A stretch of DNA of 64,000 bases from a virus. The first letter of the stretch is position 1. The number at the start of each line of letters is the position of its first letter. This document shows positions 46,753 to 56,758 of this stretch, piece by piece. Both the position numbers and the translations under genes were made by a program. The DNA is taken from IMG/VR virus record IMGVR_UViG_3300032285_004073, positions 96,001-160,000 of that record. One strand, 5' to 3'. Below the pieces are notes generated by a model. It saw nothing but the letters and a program-made list of their open reading frames with translations, was not told where the DNA came from and did no database searches.

Positions 46753-49700
46753 ATGCAGTCCTACCACCAGACAGTAGCAAATGAAATTCCTTTAAAGAGT
46801 TTGGCGTCCGTTACAAGTCGCCATATTCCTTATTTGTTTAATTTCATATCTTTAGATTTTGCAGAACCTAGTTTGGGGTTACCTACAGGATCATCTACTC
46901 AAAAATCTAATACCAATTATTATTTTCCAGTCATTACCATTCATCCCACTTATAGTGGTTCTAGAGCATTTACAGGAGCCAATTCTTTATATGTAAATAA
47001 TACCACTTTATATGTAGGTACTAATATTGTAGCTGGTCCTGGTAATATTACCAATAACACATCTTCTAGTATTGTAGGTGGGTCTAGTAATGCAACAGTT
47101 GCTTGTAATTCATTCATAGGTGGAGGCTCCGGTAATTCTGCCATTGGTGCCTATTCAAATGTAGTAGGTGGTATAAGCAATAGTGCTAAGGGTCTTTATT
47201 CTTCAATTCTTGGTGGTAATTTAAATAATGCAGATAATAATGCTTCTGTAATTGCCGGTGGAACCGGTAATATAGCTTGTGGTTACGCTTCTGCAACATT
47301 AGGAGGCAAATACAATTGTGTTACTGGAGATTATTCTTCTGCTATAGGAGCATGTAATACTGTTTCAGGAGATTACTCGACCGTAACAGGTCTGGGCAAT
47401 AATACAAAAGGTGATTATACTGCTATAATAGGTGGTAGTAATAATATCATTTGTCAAAGTAAGGCTGGAGATTATGGCGGATCTGTTATAATTGGAGGAA
47501 GTACTAGTTGTATTATTAATAACTCTTTCAATACAATTGCTGGAGGAGAAGGTCATTGTCTACATAATACATCACACGCCTTTGTAGGTGGTGGTATAGG
47601 CAATAATATTGAAGGATACTTTTGTCAAAATACTCCGTACCTGGATAGTGCCACTATAGTCGGCGGCTATGTCAATTATATTGGTTGTCATGGATGTAAT
47701 GCATTCATTGGTGGTGGTAGTTTCAATTCAGCATGTTGTGGGGCTTCTAGTGTTGTAGGTGGATGTTATAATAAAGCTGTCGGATGTCAATCCACGGTAT
47801 CTGGTGGATATTCCAATTCTGCCTGTGGTGAGAGTTCTTTTGTAGGTGCAGGTTTTAATAATTGTGCTAATGGACGATTTTCTTTTGTAGGTGCAGGGTT
47901 TGGTAATCGTGCTGACGGAAATTATTCAGTAGTAGTAGGGGGAGGTAGTGATTTTTGTGAATCAAATACGGCTTCTAGTGATTACTCTTTTATCGGTGCT
48001 GGAAGCTGTAACTGTATTGAATTGTGCGCCTTTGGTTCTGTCATAGTGGGCGGACAAAGCAATTGTATTGCAGGAGCATGTTTACATCAAAGCGCTTTTA
48101 ATTCTGTTATAGTAGGTGGCGTTAATAATAGTATCTCCGAAACTGGATGCGGTTCTTTTATAGGCGGTGGTAGTAGCAATAACGTTTCTGGAAGATATTC
48201 TGTTATAGTAGGTGGTGGATTAGATCCTAATACAGTTTCTGGAAACTATTCTTTTATTGGGTCTGGTGGCAATCATTGTTTATGTGGAGACAGTTCATTT
48301 ATAGGTGCTGGCGGAGAAAATAAAATAGGTCGATTCTATAATTCTGCTATATTATCAGGAGCAACAAATACTCTTAGTGGTGATGAATCCGCAATTATAT
48401 CTGGTTTATGCAATATTATTTGTAATAATACAGAAGCTTCTATTATAGGTGCAGGTCAATGTAATCACTTAAACGGTTATAGTTCTTTCTTAGGTGCCGG
48501 TACGGAAAATAAAATTTGTGCAGCTGATGCTTCATCTATAGTATCCGGTTGTTCTAATACTATAAAACATTGCCAAAATGGTTGTAGTGTCACAGGTTCT
48601 TTTATAGGTGGCGGTAGTACCAATTATATAAAAAATGATTATTCAGCTATAGTTGGTGGTTACTTAAATACAAACTCTGGCAAATATTCTATTGTAGGAG
48701 CAGGTTCTGGTAATAAAATCTCCAGTAATTTATCATTTATAGCAGGTGGTCAATGCAATGATACAAAGACCTTTGATAATACCTTTATTTTAGGTTCCAA
48801 ATTAAGTGCTTCTAAAATTGATTTTACCTATGTTAATAATATCTCTTCTCAGGGTGATGTAAGAGCTAACTATATTAGTTCCAATAGTAGTAATATAACA
48901 TCTCTTACATCTACCAATATAGTTACTAGCAATATTAAAGCACTAGGCATTCTGACAGTCTCGGGAAATGCTATTTTTGGTAATGATGTATCGATAAACA
49001 ATAATCTTACAGTATATGGATTAATTTGTGCTGTAAGTGGTATTAAATTTAATACAACCTATGTATCTGCTACAACTGCTTTAAGTGTTATTAATACAGG
49101 TATAGGGCCAGCGTTTTATGTAAGTCAAACAGGTACTTATGATATAGCGCAATTTGTATCTACTCAGGGTTATGAAGTATTGCACGTAGGCAACTCTCCG
49201 GTTCTTCCTTCTAATGGTACAAATGGATATGTTGGTATTAACACTAAGACACCTAATGCAGAACTTACTGTTAATGGTTCTATATCTTCTAATAATTCAA
49301 TATATATTAAGAATTCTGTATATGCAGATAAGATCTATACCCAGACTTTATCAGCTGCCAGTACTATCATAACAAATGATTTATCATCTAATAATAGCGT
49401 ATATTCTATTATATATAAAACACCTCGTGGTAACAGTGATCAATGGCAATCCGTTTATGATAACCAAACCAACATTCTCACCTTAACAGGTAATTGGCAA
49501 TCAACATATCAAACCGTATGTGCTTTAAGTGCTAGATGGGAATCTGTATATCAAACGGTTTGTGCTTTAAGTGCTGGGTGGCAAACTTTCTATCAAAATT
49601 CTAGTTCGTTTGCAACTACATCTTTTGTACAAAATAATTTCTTACCATTATCCGGTGGCACCATGATTGGTGATATTAGTTCTGTTAATGTTATTAAGGC

Positions 49701-50193
49701 TAGAGGTTTCTGGGCTAACAATACCTATAATAGTTTAAGTGGTAGTGGTGTTATTATTGACTATCTCCAAGGTTCACCAGGCGTAGGACGCATTAGTGTA
49801 AATAATGATACCGGTTCCGATTCCCTAGCGTTTTACAGCAAAGGTGTAATCAATAATACACCCACATTATATCTTTCATCAAATAATTTTGTTGGTATTA
49901 ATACACCCATACCAAACCAACACTTAACCGTCAATGGAAACATCAGTGCCACTGGTATCATATTTGGAGCAGGCACTTTATACAAAGCTGTAACTTCTAT
50001 AGGTAACGGTACATTACGCACTTTTAATTTTAATCACAACTTAAATACAAGAGACATTGTCACACAGGTTTATGATAATATCACCTATGCAGTGGTATAT
50101 CCTACCATAGTGAATACCGGTCTGAATTCTGTAAGTATTACATTCAACACAGCACCAGCCTTAACGGCTTATAGAGTAGTAGTACAAGGATAA
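46753..50193 (+). CDS. Long Cys/Gly-rich tail fibre with GGxxN repeats and SAxW helical repeats
   Basis: 1146 aa; dozens of SxIxGGxxN repeats, GYVGINT..P, WQSTYQTVCALSARW repeats, C-terminal NHNLNTRDIV.QVYD domain. Confidence 0.75.
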   Translation: MQSYHQTVANEIPLKSLASVTSRHIPYLFNFISLDFAEPSLGLPTGSSTQKSNTNYYFPVITIHPTYSGSRAFTGANSLYVNNTTLYVGTNIVAGPGNITNNTSSSIVGGSSNATVACNSFIGGGSGNSAIGAYSNVVGGISNSAKGLYSSILGGNLNNADNNASVIAGGTGNIACGYASATLGGKYNCVTGDYSSAIGACNTVSGDYSTVTGLGNNTKGDYTAIIGGSNNIICQSKAGDYGGSVIIGGSTSCIINNSFNTIAGGEGHCLHNTSHAFVGGGIGNNIEGYFCQNTPYLDSATIVGGYVNYIGCHGCNAFIGGGSFNSACCGASSVVGGCYNKAVGCQSTVSGGYSNSACGESSFVGAGFNNCANGRFSFVGAGFGNRADGNYSVVVGGGSDFCESNTASSDYSFIGAGSCNCIELCAFGSVIVGGQSNCIAGACLHQSAFNSVIVGGVNNSISETGCGSFIGGGSSNNVSGRYSVIVGGGLDPNTVSGNYSFIGSGGNHCLCGDSSFIGAGGENKIGRFYNSAILSGATNTLSGDESAIISGLCNIICNNTEASIIGAGQCNHLNGYSSFLGAGTENKICAADASSIVSGCSNTIKHCQNGCSVTGSFIGGGSTNYIKNDYSAIVGGYLNTNSGKYSIVGAGSGNKISSNLSFIAGGQCNDTKTFDNTFILGSKLSASKIDFTYVNNISSQGDVRANYISSNSSNITSLTSTNIVTSNIKALGILTVSGNAIFGNDVSINNNLTVYGLICAVSGIKFNTTYVSATTALSVINTGIGPAFYVSQTGTYDIAQFVSTQGYEVLHVGNSPVLPSNGTNGYVGINTKTPNAELTVNGSISSNNSIYIKNSVYADKIYTQTLSAASTIITNDLSSNNSVYSIIYKTPRGNSDQWQSVYDNQTNILTLTGNWQSTYQTVCALSARWESVYQTVCALSAGWQTFYQNSSSFATTSFVQNNFLPLSGGTMIGDISSVNVIKARGFWANNTYNSLSGSGVIIDYLQGSPGVGRISVNNDTGSDSLAFYSKGVINNTPTLYLSSNNFVGINTPIPNQHLTVNGNISATGIIFGAGTLYKAVTSIGNGTLRTFNFNHNLNTRDIVTQVYDNITYAVVYPTIVNTGLNSVSITFNTAPALTAYRVVVQG

Positions 50194-50204
50194 TTTAAAT
50201 ATAT

Positions 50205-52010
50205 ATGGCTATTAATTTTTTAGATAACGTTTGCGTAAACACAACATTAAGTGCAACTTCAATTTGTTCTTCAAATTTCTGTGGAACAACTTTTTGCGGA
50301 ACAAATTTCTACGGTAATGGTTGTGGGTTAACTAACTTAAATGTACCACCTACAACGGCAATATATATTCCGGGCACTGGATTAGGATCAATTAAACCTT
50401 TATCCGGATCTAATACATCATCAGGGTTTTATTCCATTGTATTAGGAGGTGTCAATAATTCATCTTTAAGTTCTTTTAATGCTATAGGTAATGGATGTTA
50501 CAATTACACGGAAGGTCGTTATTCCTTGGTAGGAAATGGTTCTTCTAATTGTATTACGCAAAACAATCTTATCTTGATAGGCTCAACTATATTAAACGGA
50601 TTTGACAATTCTATTAATAATAGCACTGGAGGCAATAATAGCATTAATAACACTATTATTGCAGGTTCCAATAACCTTATAGATACTTCTTGCTTCTCTT
50701 CCTCTATAAATGGTTGTGGACAAAAAATAGGTGCTTATGGATGTTATGCCACTCTTATTAATGGATGTTTAAATAATATAGGAACTGATAAACATTCAAC
50801 TATAGCTAACGGATGTTGTAATCAAACTTTAAACGGAAATAACAATTTCATAGGAGCTGGTGTTTGTAATTTGATGAACGGAGCACAATGCTCGACTATA
50901 TTAAATGGTTTGAGAAATTGTGTAGGTACCACTTATCTATCTTTAGCAAATGGATTTATTGCCGGAGGTTGTTATAACACTATATGTAGTGGAACTTGCA
51001 ATTCTTACATTTTAGGATGTAATATTACTGCAGGAACCTCTAATACCACCTTCGTAAATAATCTTAGCTCCGGTGGATCAATTTGTAGTACAACATTATA
51101 TGTCAATGGTACACAAATAAATCCAGTTTCTCCGTATGCTTTTAGTAATACCGGAACTAATAACATTGTTACAGCTTGTACTACTCAAAATAATTGTTTT
51201 TCACAAGATGCTCAATTAAACATCTGTAATTCAGTTATAGGTAGTGGATATAATAATACTATTGCTACTCGTAATCCTAATAATAGTATTAACTCCATGT
51301 GTAACTCCGTTATCAACGGAGGAAGTAATAATTGCATTTCTGCTTATCAAAGCTCCATGCTCAATAATGTTATTGGTGGTGGTGACAATAACAAAATATA
51401 TAATTCTAATTATGCATTTATAGCAAATGGAAATTACAATTCTGTAACAGCCAATAACGTTTTTGTCTTAGGTTCTGGATTAAGTGCCAATCAATCTAAT
51501 TTCACTTATGTTAATAATTTAAGTTCTCAGGGCGTTATAACGACCCCCACTATAAGTGCTACTAATACATTTTTAACTAATATAACTTCAACAAATATTG
51601 TTGCTAATAATATAACAGCCAATAGTAATTTATATGTTAATGGTAATATTACTACCTCAGGTAATATATTTGGTCTTAATCCGTCACCTTTTACTCCTAT
51701 ATCAGGAAATACCTATAGTCTTCAATTGTCAGACAATTCTTCTACATTCGGTGCTCTCAATGCCGGAGGGTTGATATTATCAATTTTAGGTAATATTAGT
51801 TACCCAACAGGATATCAAATTAGTATGATTCAATTAGGTGGTATGACTGCACAGGTTTATGTCTCTGGAGGTTATGTCTCTGGAGTTGGAAGTATAAATG
51901 TTAATTCTTCTAATGGATATCTTAAGACAAGCTCTCAATATTCAGCTGCTAGTTTAATTTATACAGGTGCTACTGCAGGTTGGGTATTATACGGCGATCT
52001 CTCTAATTAA
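50205..52010 (+). CDS. Asn/Cys-rich fibre protein with (N/G)GxxN repeats
   Basis: 601 aa; repeated I.NGC.N; C-terminal Y.L.LSD..YSAASLIYTG..WVLYGDL domain. Confidence 0.7.
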   Translation: MAINFLDNVCVNTTLSATSICSSNFCGTTFCGTNFYGNGCGLTNLNVPPTTAIYIPGTGLGSIKPLSGSNTSSGFYSIVLGGVNNSSLSSFNAIGNGCYNYTEGRYSLVGNGSSNCITQNNLILIGSTILNGFDNSINNSTGGNNSINNTIIAGSNNLIDTSCFSSSINGCGQKIGAYGCYATLINGCLNNIGTDKHSTIANGCCNQTLNGNNNFIGAGVCNLMNGAQCSTILNGLRNCVGTTYLSLANGFIAGGCYNTICSGTCNSYILGCNITAGTSNTTFVNNLSSGGSICSTTLYVNGTQINPVSPYAFSNTGTNNIVTACTTQNNCFSQDAQLNICNSVIGSGYNNTIATRNPNNSINSMCNSVINGGSNNCISAYQSSMLNNVIGGGDNNKIYNSNYAFIANGNYNSVTANNVFVLGSGLSANQSNFTYVNNLSSQGVITTPTISATNTFLTNITSTNIVANNITANSNLYVNGNITTSGNIFGLNPSPFTPISGNTYSLQLSDNSSTFGALNAGGLILSILGNISYPTGYQISMIQLGGMTAQVYVSGGYVSGVGSINVNSSNGYLKTSSQYSAASLIYTGATAGWVLYGDLSN

Positions 52011-52011
52011 T

Positions 52012-54360
52012 ATGATTGCTAATACTATAGGAACTCTTAGTAAATTAAATAGACAGGTAAAAAATACAGTTCCTACAATAGATGTATATTCTGGTACATT
52101 TTACCAAGTTCCTTTTGAACGAGCCACTTTTGATATATCCCTAACTAATTTAATTGATGATATACAATTAACATATTTTAAATCAGCAGATTATGGCAGC
52201 ACTGGGGTTAATTACATATTATATTCCCCAGATTTAAAATATGTTTATTTAATAAACAACACCCACGTCATTCAAGCCGATAATTCTAACAATAAGGGAC
52301 CTTTAGCTTCGGTATATGGCGACTCGGTAAAATTTAAAGTAATTAAATCCTGGAATATTGTCGGTGAAGCAATAGGATCTCATTGTCAGTATGGTGGTAC
52401 GGCTTGTATAACCTCTGATGGGCGTTACTTATACGTTCCAACTTACAACCCGTCATCAGCCCCAGGGTCCCGAGCAGGTATTAATATAATAGATACCGTA
52501 ACTAATACTCAAAATTCTCTTGCACAAGGTTATAGAAATTTTTCTACTTTCTTGTCTAAAGACGAAAAATTCTTATTTGTATCTGACCAAGGACTAAATG
52601 GTCTTTATGCATTTGACATTTCAACAGATAAGATGAATCCTAGGTATTTAACTGGAGGATCCTTATATGATCCCAATATTACTAATAATAATACTAATAG
52701 TGGTATTATATCCCCTGATAATAAAAATATTTACGTTTCAAGTAATACTCTAGGTGTATTCAAGGTTCCTTTATCTACGTATAATAATAGTGTAGAATTT
52801 AAACAACCAATTATTAGGTACACGGCCGTGAATGGAGACAATATTAGCAATGGTAATCCAGAGGGATTGAGTATTTCACCAGATGGCAATATATTATATA
52901 TACCGAATTATTCCGTTACTAATGACTCTAAAAAACACTTAGTTCACGTTTTTAATTTATCCTCTAATACAATAACAGGATATTATAGTTCTAGTGACAT
53001 CCCCACCAGTCAACAAAAGCCAAGAAACAGTTTTTTAGATCCTACATATACTTATTATTATGATTATAGTTTTCCGTTAACAAATAGCCCGTACGTACTA
53101 GTTAGGCCAATTTCTGATTTTGGTAACGTAAGGGCTGTTCCAGTGTGTTTTGATGGTGCAGGAACAAACTACACACGAACTATAGGAATACCTCCTATAG
53201 TCCCTGCATCAGCTACTAATTTAAATTTAACCTATAACCGTTCTACAAAATCTCTCACAGCAACCTGGGTTGGATCACCCTATAGTGGCTTTACAGCACC
53301 ATATAACTATTCTCAAACAGCACAATATACTTTAAATTTAACTTCTCCTATACAAACATTAACAACCACAACAACAGCAACAACAGCATTTTTTTCTAAT
53401 GTTTCTTCAGACAATGTTTTTAAGGCTTCTCTTTTTTCTTTTAATTCTGTAGGAAAATCATCTAACTATTATCAATTTTTTAGTACAGCATCTTATACTA
53501 TTACAGCTTTTGTGCTTGGTGGCGGTGGTAGTGGTGGTGATCAACCATCTTCTGCTAATAGTGGTGGTGGTGGTGGTGGTGCAGCTGTTGCTGCAACTGC
53601 ATTCCTTACTAGTGGCCTTACCTATAATGTTACAGTAGGTAAAGGGGGTGTAGCCGGAGCTTCTTATGGGGGAGTAGAAGACGGTGGATACAGTGCTTTC
53701 TCAAATTTCTATTATTTATCAGCTGATGGAGGTGGAGCCGGGGGATCCAATACTACACCAGCCCATAGTAAAGGGACTGGAGGAGGTGCTGCTGGTACCT
53801 ATGAAGATGGAACCTCTAATCCTGGGGGCTATGGTATAGCGCCGTTTGGAAGTAACGGAGGAAGTAGCACTATTCATTCTGCTGGTGGTGGTGGTAGTGC
53901 TCAAAACGCTACAGGAGGTATACAATATAATGCAAATGGTGGAGACGGTACGGCATATGTCGGCGGACAAGGTGCCCACGGTAATAATGCATTTTTGATA
54001 GATGCTCTAAGAGGAGGAACTAAACTTCTTGACCTCGGGCAAGATTTTTATGGAGGTGGAGGTGGAGGTGGAGATTATAATCCACTTAATTCCGGTTATG
54101 GAGCCTGGGGAGGTAATGGAGGCGGGGGTTCCGGTGGATATGGTATATATAATTTAGGATCTTCAGCTGGAGTCAACGGTAAAGGTGGAGGTGGAGGTGC
54201 CGGTCACAATGGTGGACATGGCGTCGTAAAACTCTTTATACCGACCAAATATTATTCTGGTAAGACTACAGGATCACCAACAGTTACAACCACAACATTT
54301 AGTTCAGACCCTATTATAGTTTTAACCTATAACTATCCAGGTGGAACTTACACTGCTTAA
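52012..54360 (+). CDS. Putative receptor-binding protein: YVTN/40-residue beta-propeller, FnIII-like domain, polyglycine-rich domain
   Basis: SPD.K..YV repeats, PASATNLNL, LGGGGSGG..GGGGGG, YGGGGGGG; start taken at ATG 52012. Confidence 0.7.
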   Translation: MIANTIGTLSKLNRQVKNTVPTIDVYSGTFYQVPFERATFDISLTNLIDDIQLTYFKSADYGSTGVNYILYSPDLKYVYLINNTHVIQADNSNNKGPLASVYGDSVKFKVIKSWNIVGEAIGSHCQYGGTACITSDGRYLYVPTYNPSSAPGSRAGINIIDTVTNTQNSLAQGYRNFSTFLSKDEKFLFVSDQGLNGLYAFDISTDKMNPRYLTGGSLYDPNITNNNTNSGIISPDNKNIYVSSNTLGVFKVPLSTYNNSVEFKQPIIRYTAVNGDNISNGNPEGLSISPDGNILYIPNYSVTNDSKKHLVHVFNLSSNTITGYYSSSDIPTSQQKPRNSFLDPTYTYYYDYSFPLTNSPYVLVRPISDFGNVRAVPVCFDGAGTNYTRTIGIPPIVPASATNLNLTYNRSTKSLTATWVGSPYSGFTAPYNYSQTAQYTLNLTSPIQTLTTTTTATTAFFSNVSSDNVFKASLFSFNSVGKSSNYYQFFSTASYTITAFVLGGGGSGGDQPSSANSGGGGGGAAVAATAFLTSGLTYNVTVGKGGVAGASYGGVEDGGYSAFSNFYYLSADGGGAGGSNTTPAHSKGTGGGAAGTYEDGTSNPGGYGIAPFGSNGGSSTIHSAGGGGSAQNATGGIQYNANGGDGTAYVGGQGAHGNNAFLIDALRGGTKLLDLGQDFYGGGGGGGDYNPLNSGYGAWGGNGGGGSGGYGIYNLGSSAGVNGKGGGGGAGHNGGHGVVKLFIPTKYYSGKTTGSPTVTTTTFSSDPIIVLTYNYPGGTYTA

Positions 54361-54365
54361 TAAGT

Positions 54366-54824
54366 TTATGGTCTGACCATAGAAAGCAAATAACTACCCT
54401 TGTTAAGGATGGTTAAAATATCTTCCTTAGTATTATTAAGACCTGAACATACTGTATTTACAAAAGTATTAAATTCCACAGAGGACAGTATATTCTTAAG
54501 TTGTGTACTAATATCATTATAAGAATTAATAGTAGTAGCCGGGTCTACATTATATTGTGACAAATCTTGAGTATCTATTTGTAAATTGAAGGATGGGAAT
54601 ATTGCATTATAAGATTTAGTTGTTCCTATAATCTCTTCCTGAAGCTTGTCAAAGGATTCGTCTAGACTTTCATATACTTCTCCTAATATTTCATGTACAT
54701 TAATATCTTCTGCATACCAATGGAGTAGATGAATATGAGTTTGGACAGACTTTAAAATTAAACCAAATACCCTCGTAGAGTCTAAAGAGTCTGGCGTTGT
54801 TATTTTGACAATTTCTATTTCCAT
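54366..54824 (-). CDS. Ferritin/Dps-like four-helix protein (DUF5856-like)
   Basis: IHLLHW..VHEILGEVYESLDESFDKLQEEIIG..NTKEDIL..K..YLLS. Confidence 0.65.
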   Translation of the reverse strand: MEIEIVKITTPDSLDSTRVFGLILKSVQTHIHLLHWYAEDINVHEILGEVYESLDESFDKLQEEIIGTTKSYNAIFPSFNLQIDTQDLSQYNVDPATTINSYNDISTQLKNILSSVEFNTFVNTVCSGLNNTKEDILTILNKGSYLLSMVRP

Positions 54825-54828
54825 AATT

Positions 54829-55257
54829 TTATTTTTTTCTAAATATTTCTACCTTTATAAGAAAATCTCCTGTAGTAGTCTCACTAGTACTTACAAGATC
54901 ATACTCAAAAGGTATATCAGATTCTATATAGGTTTGTTGTGGACCCTGAAGTGAAGGAGGTATTTCTGGTTTAATAGCAGATAATGATAACCCATCTACA
55001 ACTACTTCATATCCATTGTCCTTATAATCCTTAGCCATAGACTCTAATAAGGTTTCTTGATTTTTAAAAAATAATCTCCATACCGGAATGGGTAATAAAG
55101 TATTAAGAGCTGTTATTCTTATAGAACACATTTCACACGGTTTATCTTGTCCAGTTATGGCATGTGTTAACCATCCAATAGCTTTAGAATGCAATAAACA
55201 AGCTATCACATCACCTAAACCTTTGGCATATCTTAATTTTAAATTTGGTGTTTTCAT
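54829..55257 (-). CDS. Hypothetical protein with GLGD..CxxC..R motif
   Basis: MKTPNLKLRYAKGLGDVIA..KPCEMCSIRITALN; start taken at ATG 55257 to avoid a long overlap. Confidence 0.65.
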   Translation of the reverse strand: MKTPNLKLRYAKGLGDVIACLLHSKAIGWLTHAITGQDKPCEMCSIRITALNTLLPIPVWRLFFKNQETLLESMAKDYKDNGYEVVVDGLSLSAIKPEIPPSLQGPQQTYIESDIPFEYDLVSTSETTTGDFLIKVEIFRKK

Positions 55258-55261
55258 AATA

Positions 55262-56758
55262 TTAATAAAATATACTAACAGAACCACTTCCCCCTTCTTG
55301 CCCCCATCCAAATCCATTTGCTTTACCGGTATACGTATCTTTAATAGGTGCTCCCTTCCCTCCATTTTGTGTATACCTTATGATAAATCCTTGAATTGAT
55401 ACATAATCCTTTCCATCAGAACCCGCATATGCTCCATTGTCTTTATCAACAACTATACCTCCTATTCCTCCGTTTAACCCTCCTCCTCCTCCACCACCTG
55501 CACCACCACTAGAAGAAGTTTTATTAGTACCTTTATTCCCGGCAATAGCACCACTAGAAGTGTATGAAAGTTTAGCCTGGCCTGCTGATAGTGTACCTGC
55601 GCCACCACCTCCTCCGCCTCCCGCAGCAATTAATTTTATTTTATCATTAATAGAAACAACTGTAGCTCCTCCACCTCCACCTCCACTACCTCCATAAAGC
55701 CCTTTGCCTAAAGAACCTCCATTTCCTCCATTATAATTCAAAGAATTTTTACCTCCATTACCGCCAAAATCCGCCGGTCTTTTATTATTAAAACCAGGGT
55801 AACCTCCATAACCTATGGATATCTTAATTTTATCACCAGGTGCTACAGGGATCACTCCATCTAATTCATGGCCACCATTTGCATCTCCTCCTTTATGATT
55901 GGCAGTAGCTCCGCCTCCTCCGCCTCCCCCTCCTATAGCCACCACTGTAATAGAGGTTATCCCATCAGGGACAGTCCATACGCTATCTTTTATAAAATCT
56001 ATTTTATTTTTATTGAGATTAGGTAATGACAAAGGCTGATTGGCTGCTAGAGATGTTGATAAGGTATTAACAAAAGTTAATGGTGAATAAACTGAATCTC
56101 TAAAAATATAATTTACATATGTCCATACATTGTTTATATTTTGAAATTGTACAATTATAGCTTGTGAGATATAAACACTTTCTCTTGATAAATTTACATT
56201 CATTAATCTATCCCAATATCCAAAACTCTTAGGACTTTTGGCAGTTGCTAAAAGGTGATCTGAATTTTTAATATTAGGTGCATAACTATAAGGGAAGAAT
56301 GTTAAATCTATAATAGTATTTTGCGGATAATCTTTTGTAGAATAATTGGTAGTTAACCAAGATTGTCCAACGTGTTTTAATTTAGCATCAACAAAATTAT
56401 CTATATCTTTTGTATTTGTAGATTTTAATACTAACGGTGATCGGTTGGCATCTATAGGATACAACACAGAAAATTCTAAATGGCTCCAAGCAGCACTTAA
56501 AACGTTAACCGTTGTTATAGCTCGTAAAATGTTATCAACTTTGGCCTCTGTGTATGATGCGCTTAATGTTTTATAGTTAGAAACCAATGAAGAAAAGTTG
56601 TTAAAAATATTCAACAGATTACTATCATTATTATAAAAGATACTGGAAAGATTGCATATAGTTGTATCTAAAGATAATACATTATAATTATGTTTACCTA
56701 CAGAATCACCCACACTGTCATTTATATCTATATTTAAAGTAGGTATTATACAGTTCAT
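55262..56758 (-). CDS. Virion protein: paralog-family N-terminal domain plus polyglycine-rich C-terminal domain
   Basis: DSVGDS..NYN..L N-terminus; WTVPDGITSITVVAIGGGGGGG glycine-rich domain. Confidence 0.7.
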   Translation of the reverse strand: MNCIIPTLNIDINDSVGDSVGKHNYNVLSLDTTICNLSSIFYNNDSNLLNIFNNFSSLVSNYKTLSASYTEAKVDNILRAITTVNVLSAAWSHLEFSVLYPIDANRSPLVLKSTNTKDIDNFVDAKLKHVGQSWLTTNYSTKDYPQNTIIDLTFFPYSYAPNIKNSDHLLATAKSPKSFGYWDRLMNVNLSRESVYISQAIIVQFQNINNVWTYVNYIFRDSVYSPLTFVNTLSTSLAANQPLSLPNLNKNKIDFIKDSVWTVPDGITSITVVAIGGGGGGGGATANHKGGDANGGHELDGVIPVAPGDKIKISIGYGGYPGFNNKRPADFGGNGGKNSLNYNGGNGGSLGKGLYGGSGGGGGGATVVSINDKIKLIAAGGGGGGGAGTLSAGQAKLSYTSSGAIAGNKGTNKTSSSGGAGGGGGGGLNGGIGGIVVDKDNGAYAGSDGKDYVSIQGFIIRYTQNGGKGAPIKDTYTGKANGFGWGQEGGSGSVSIFY

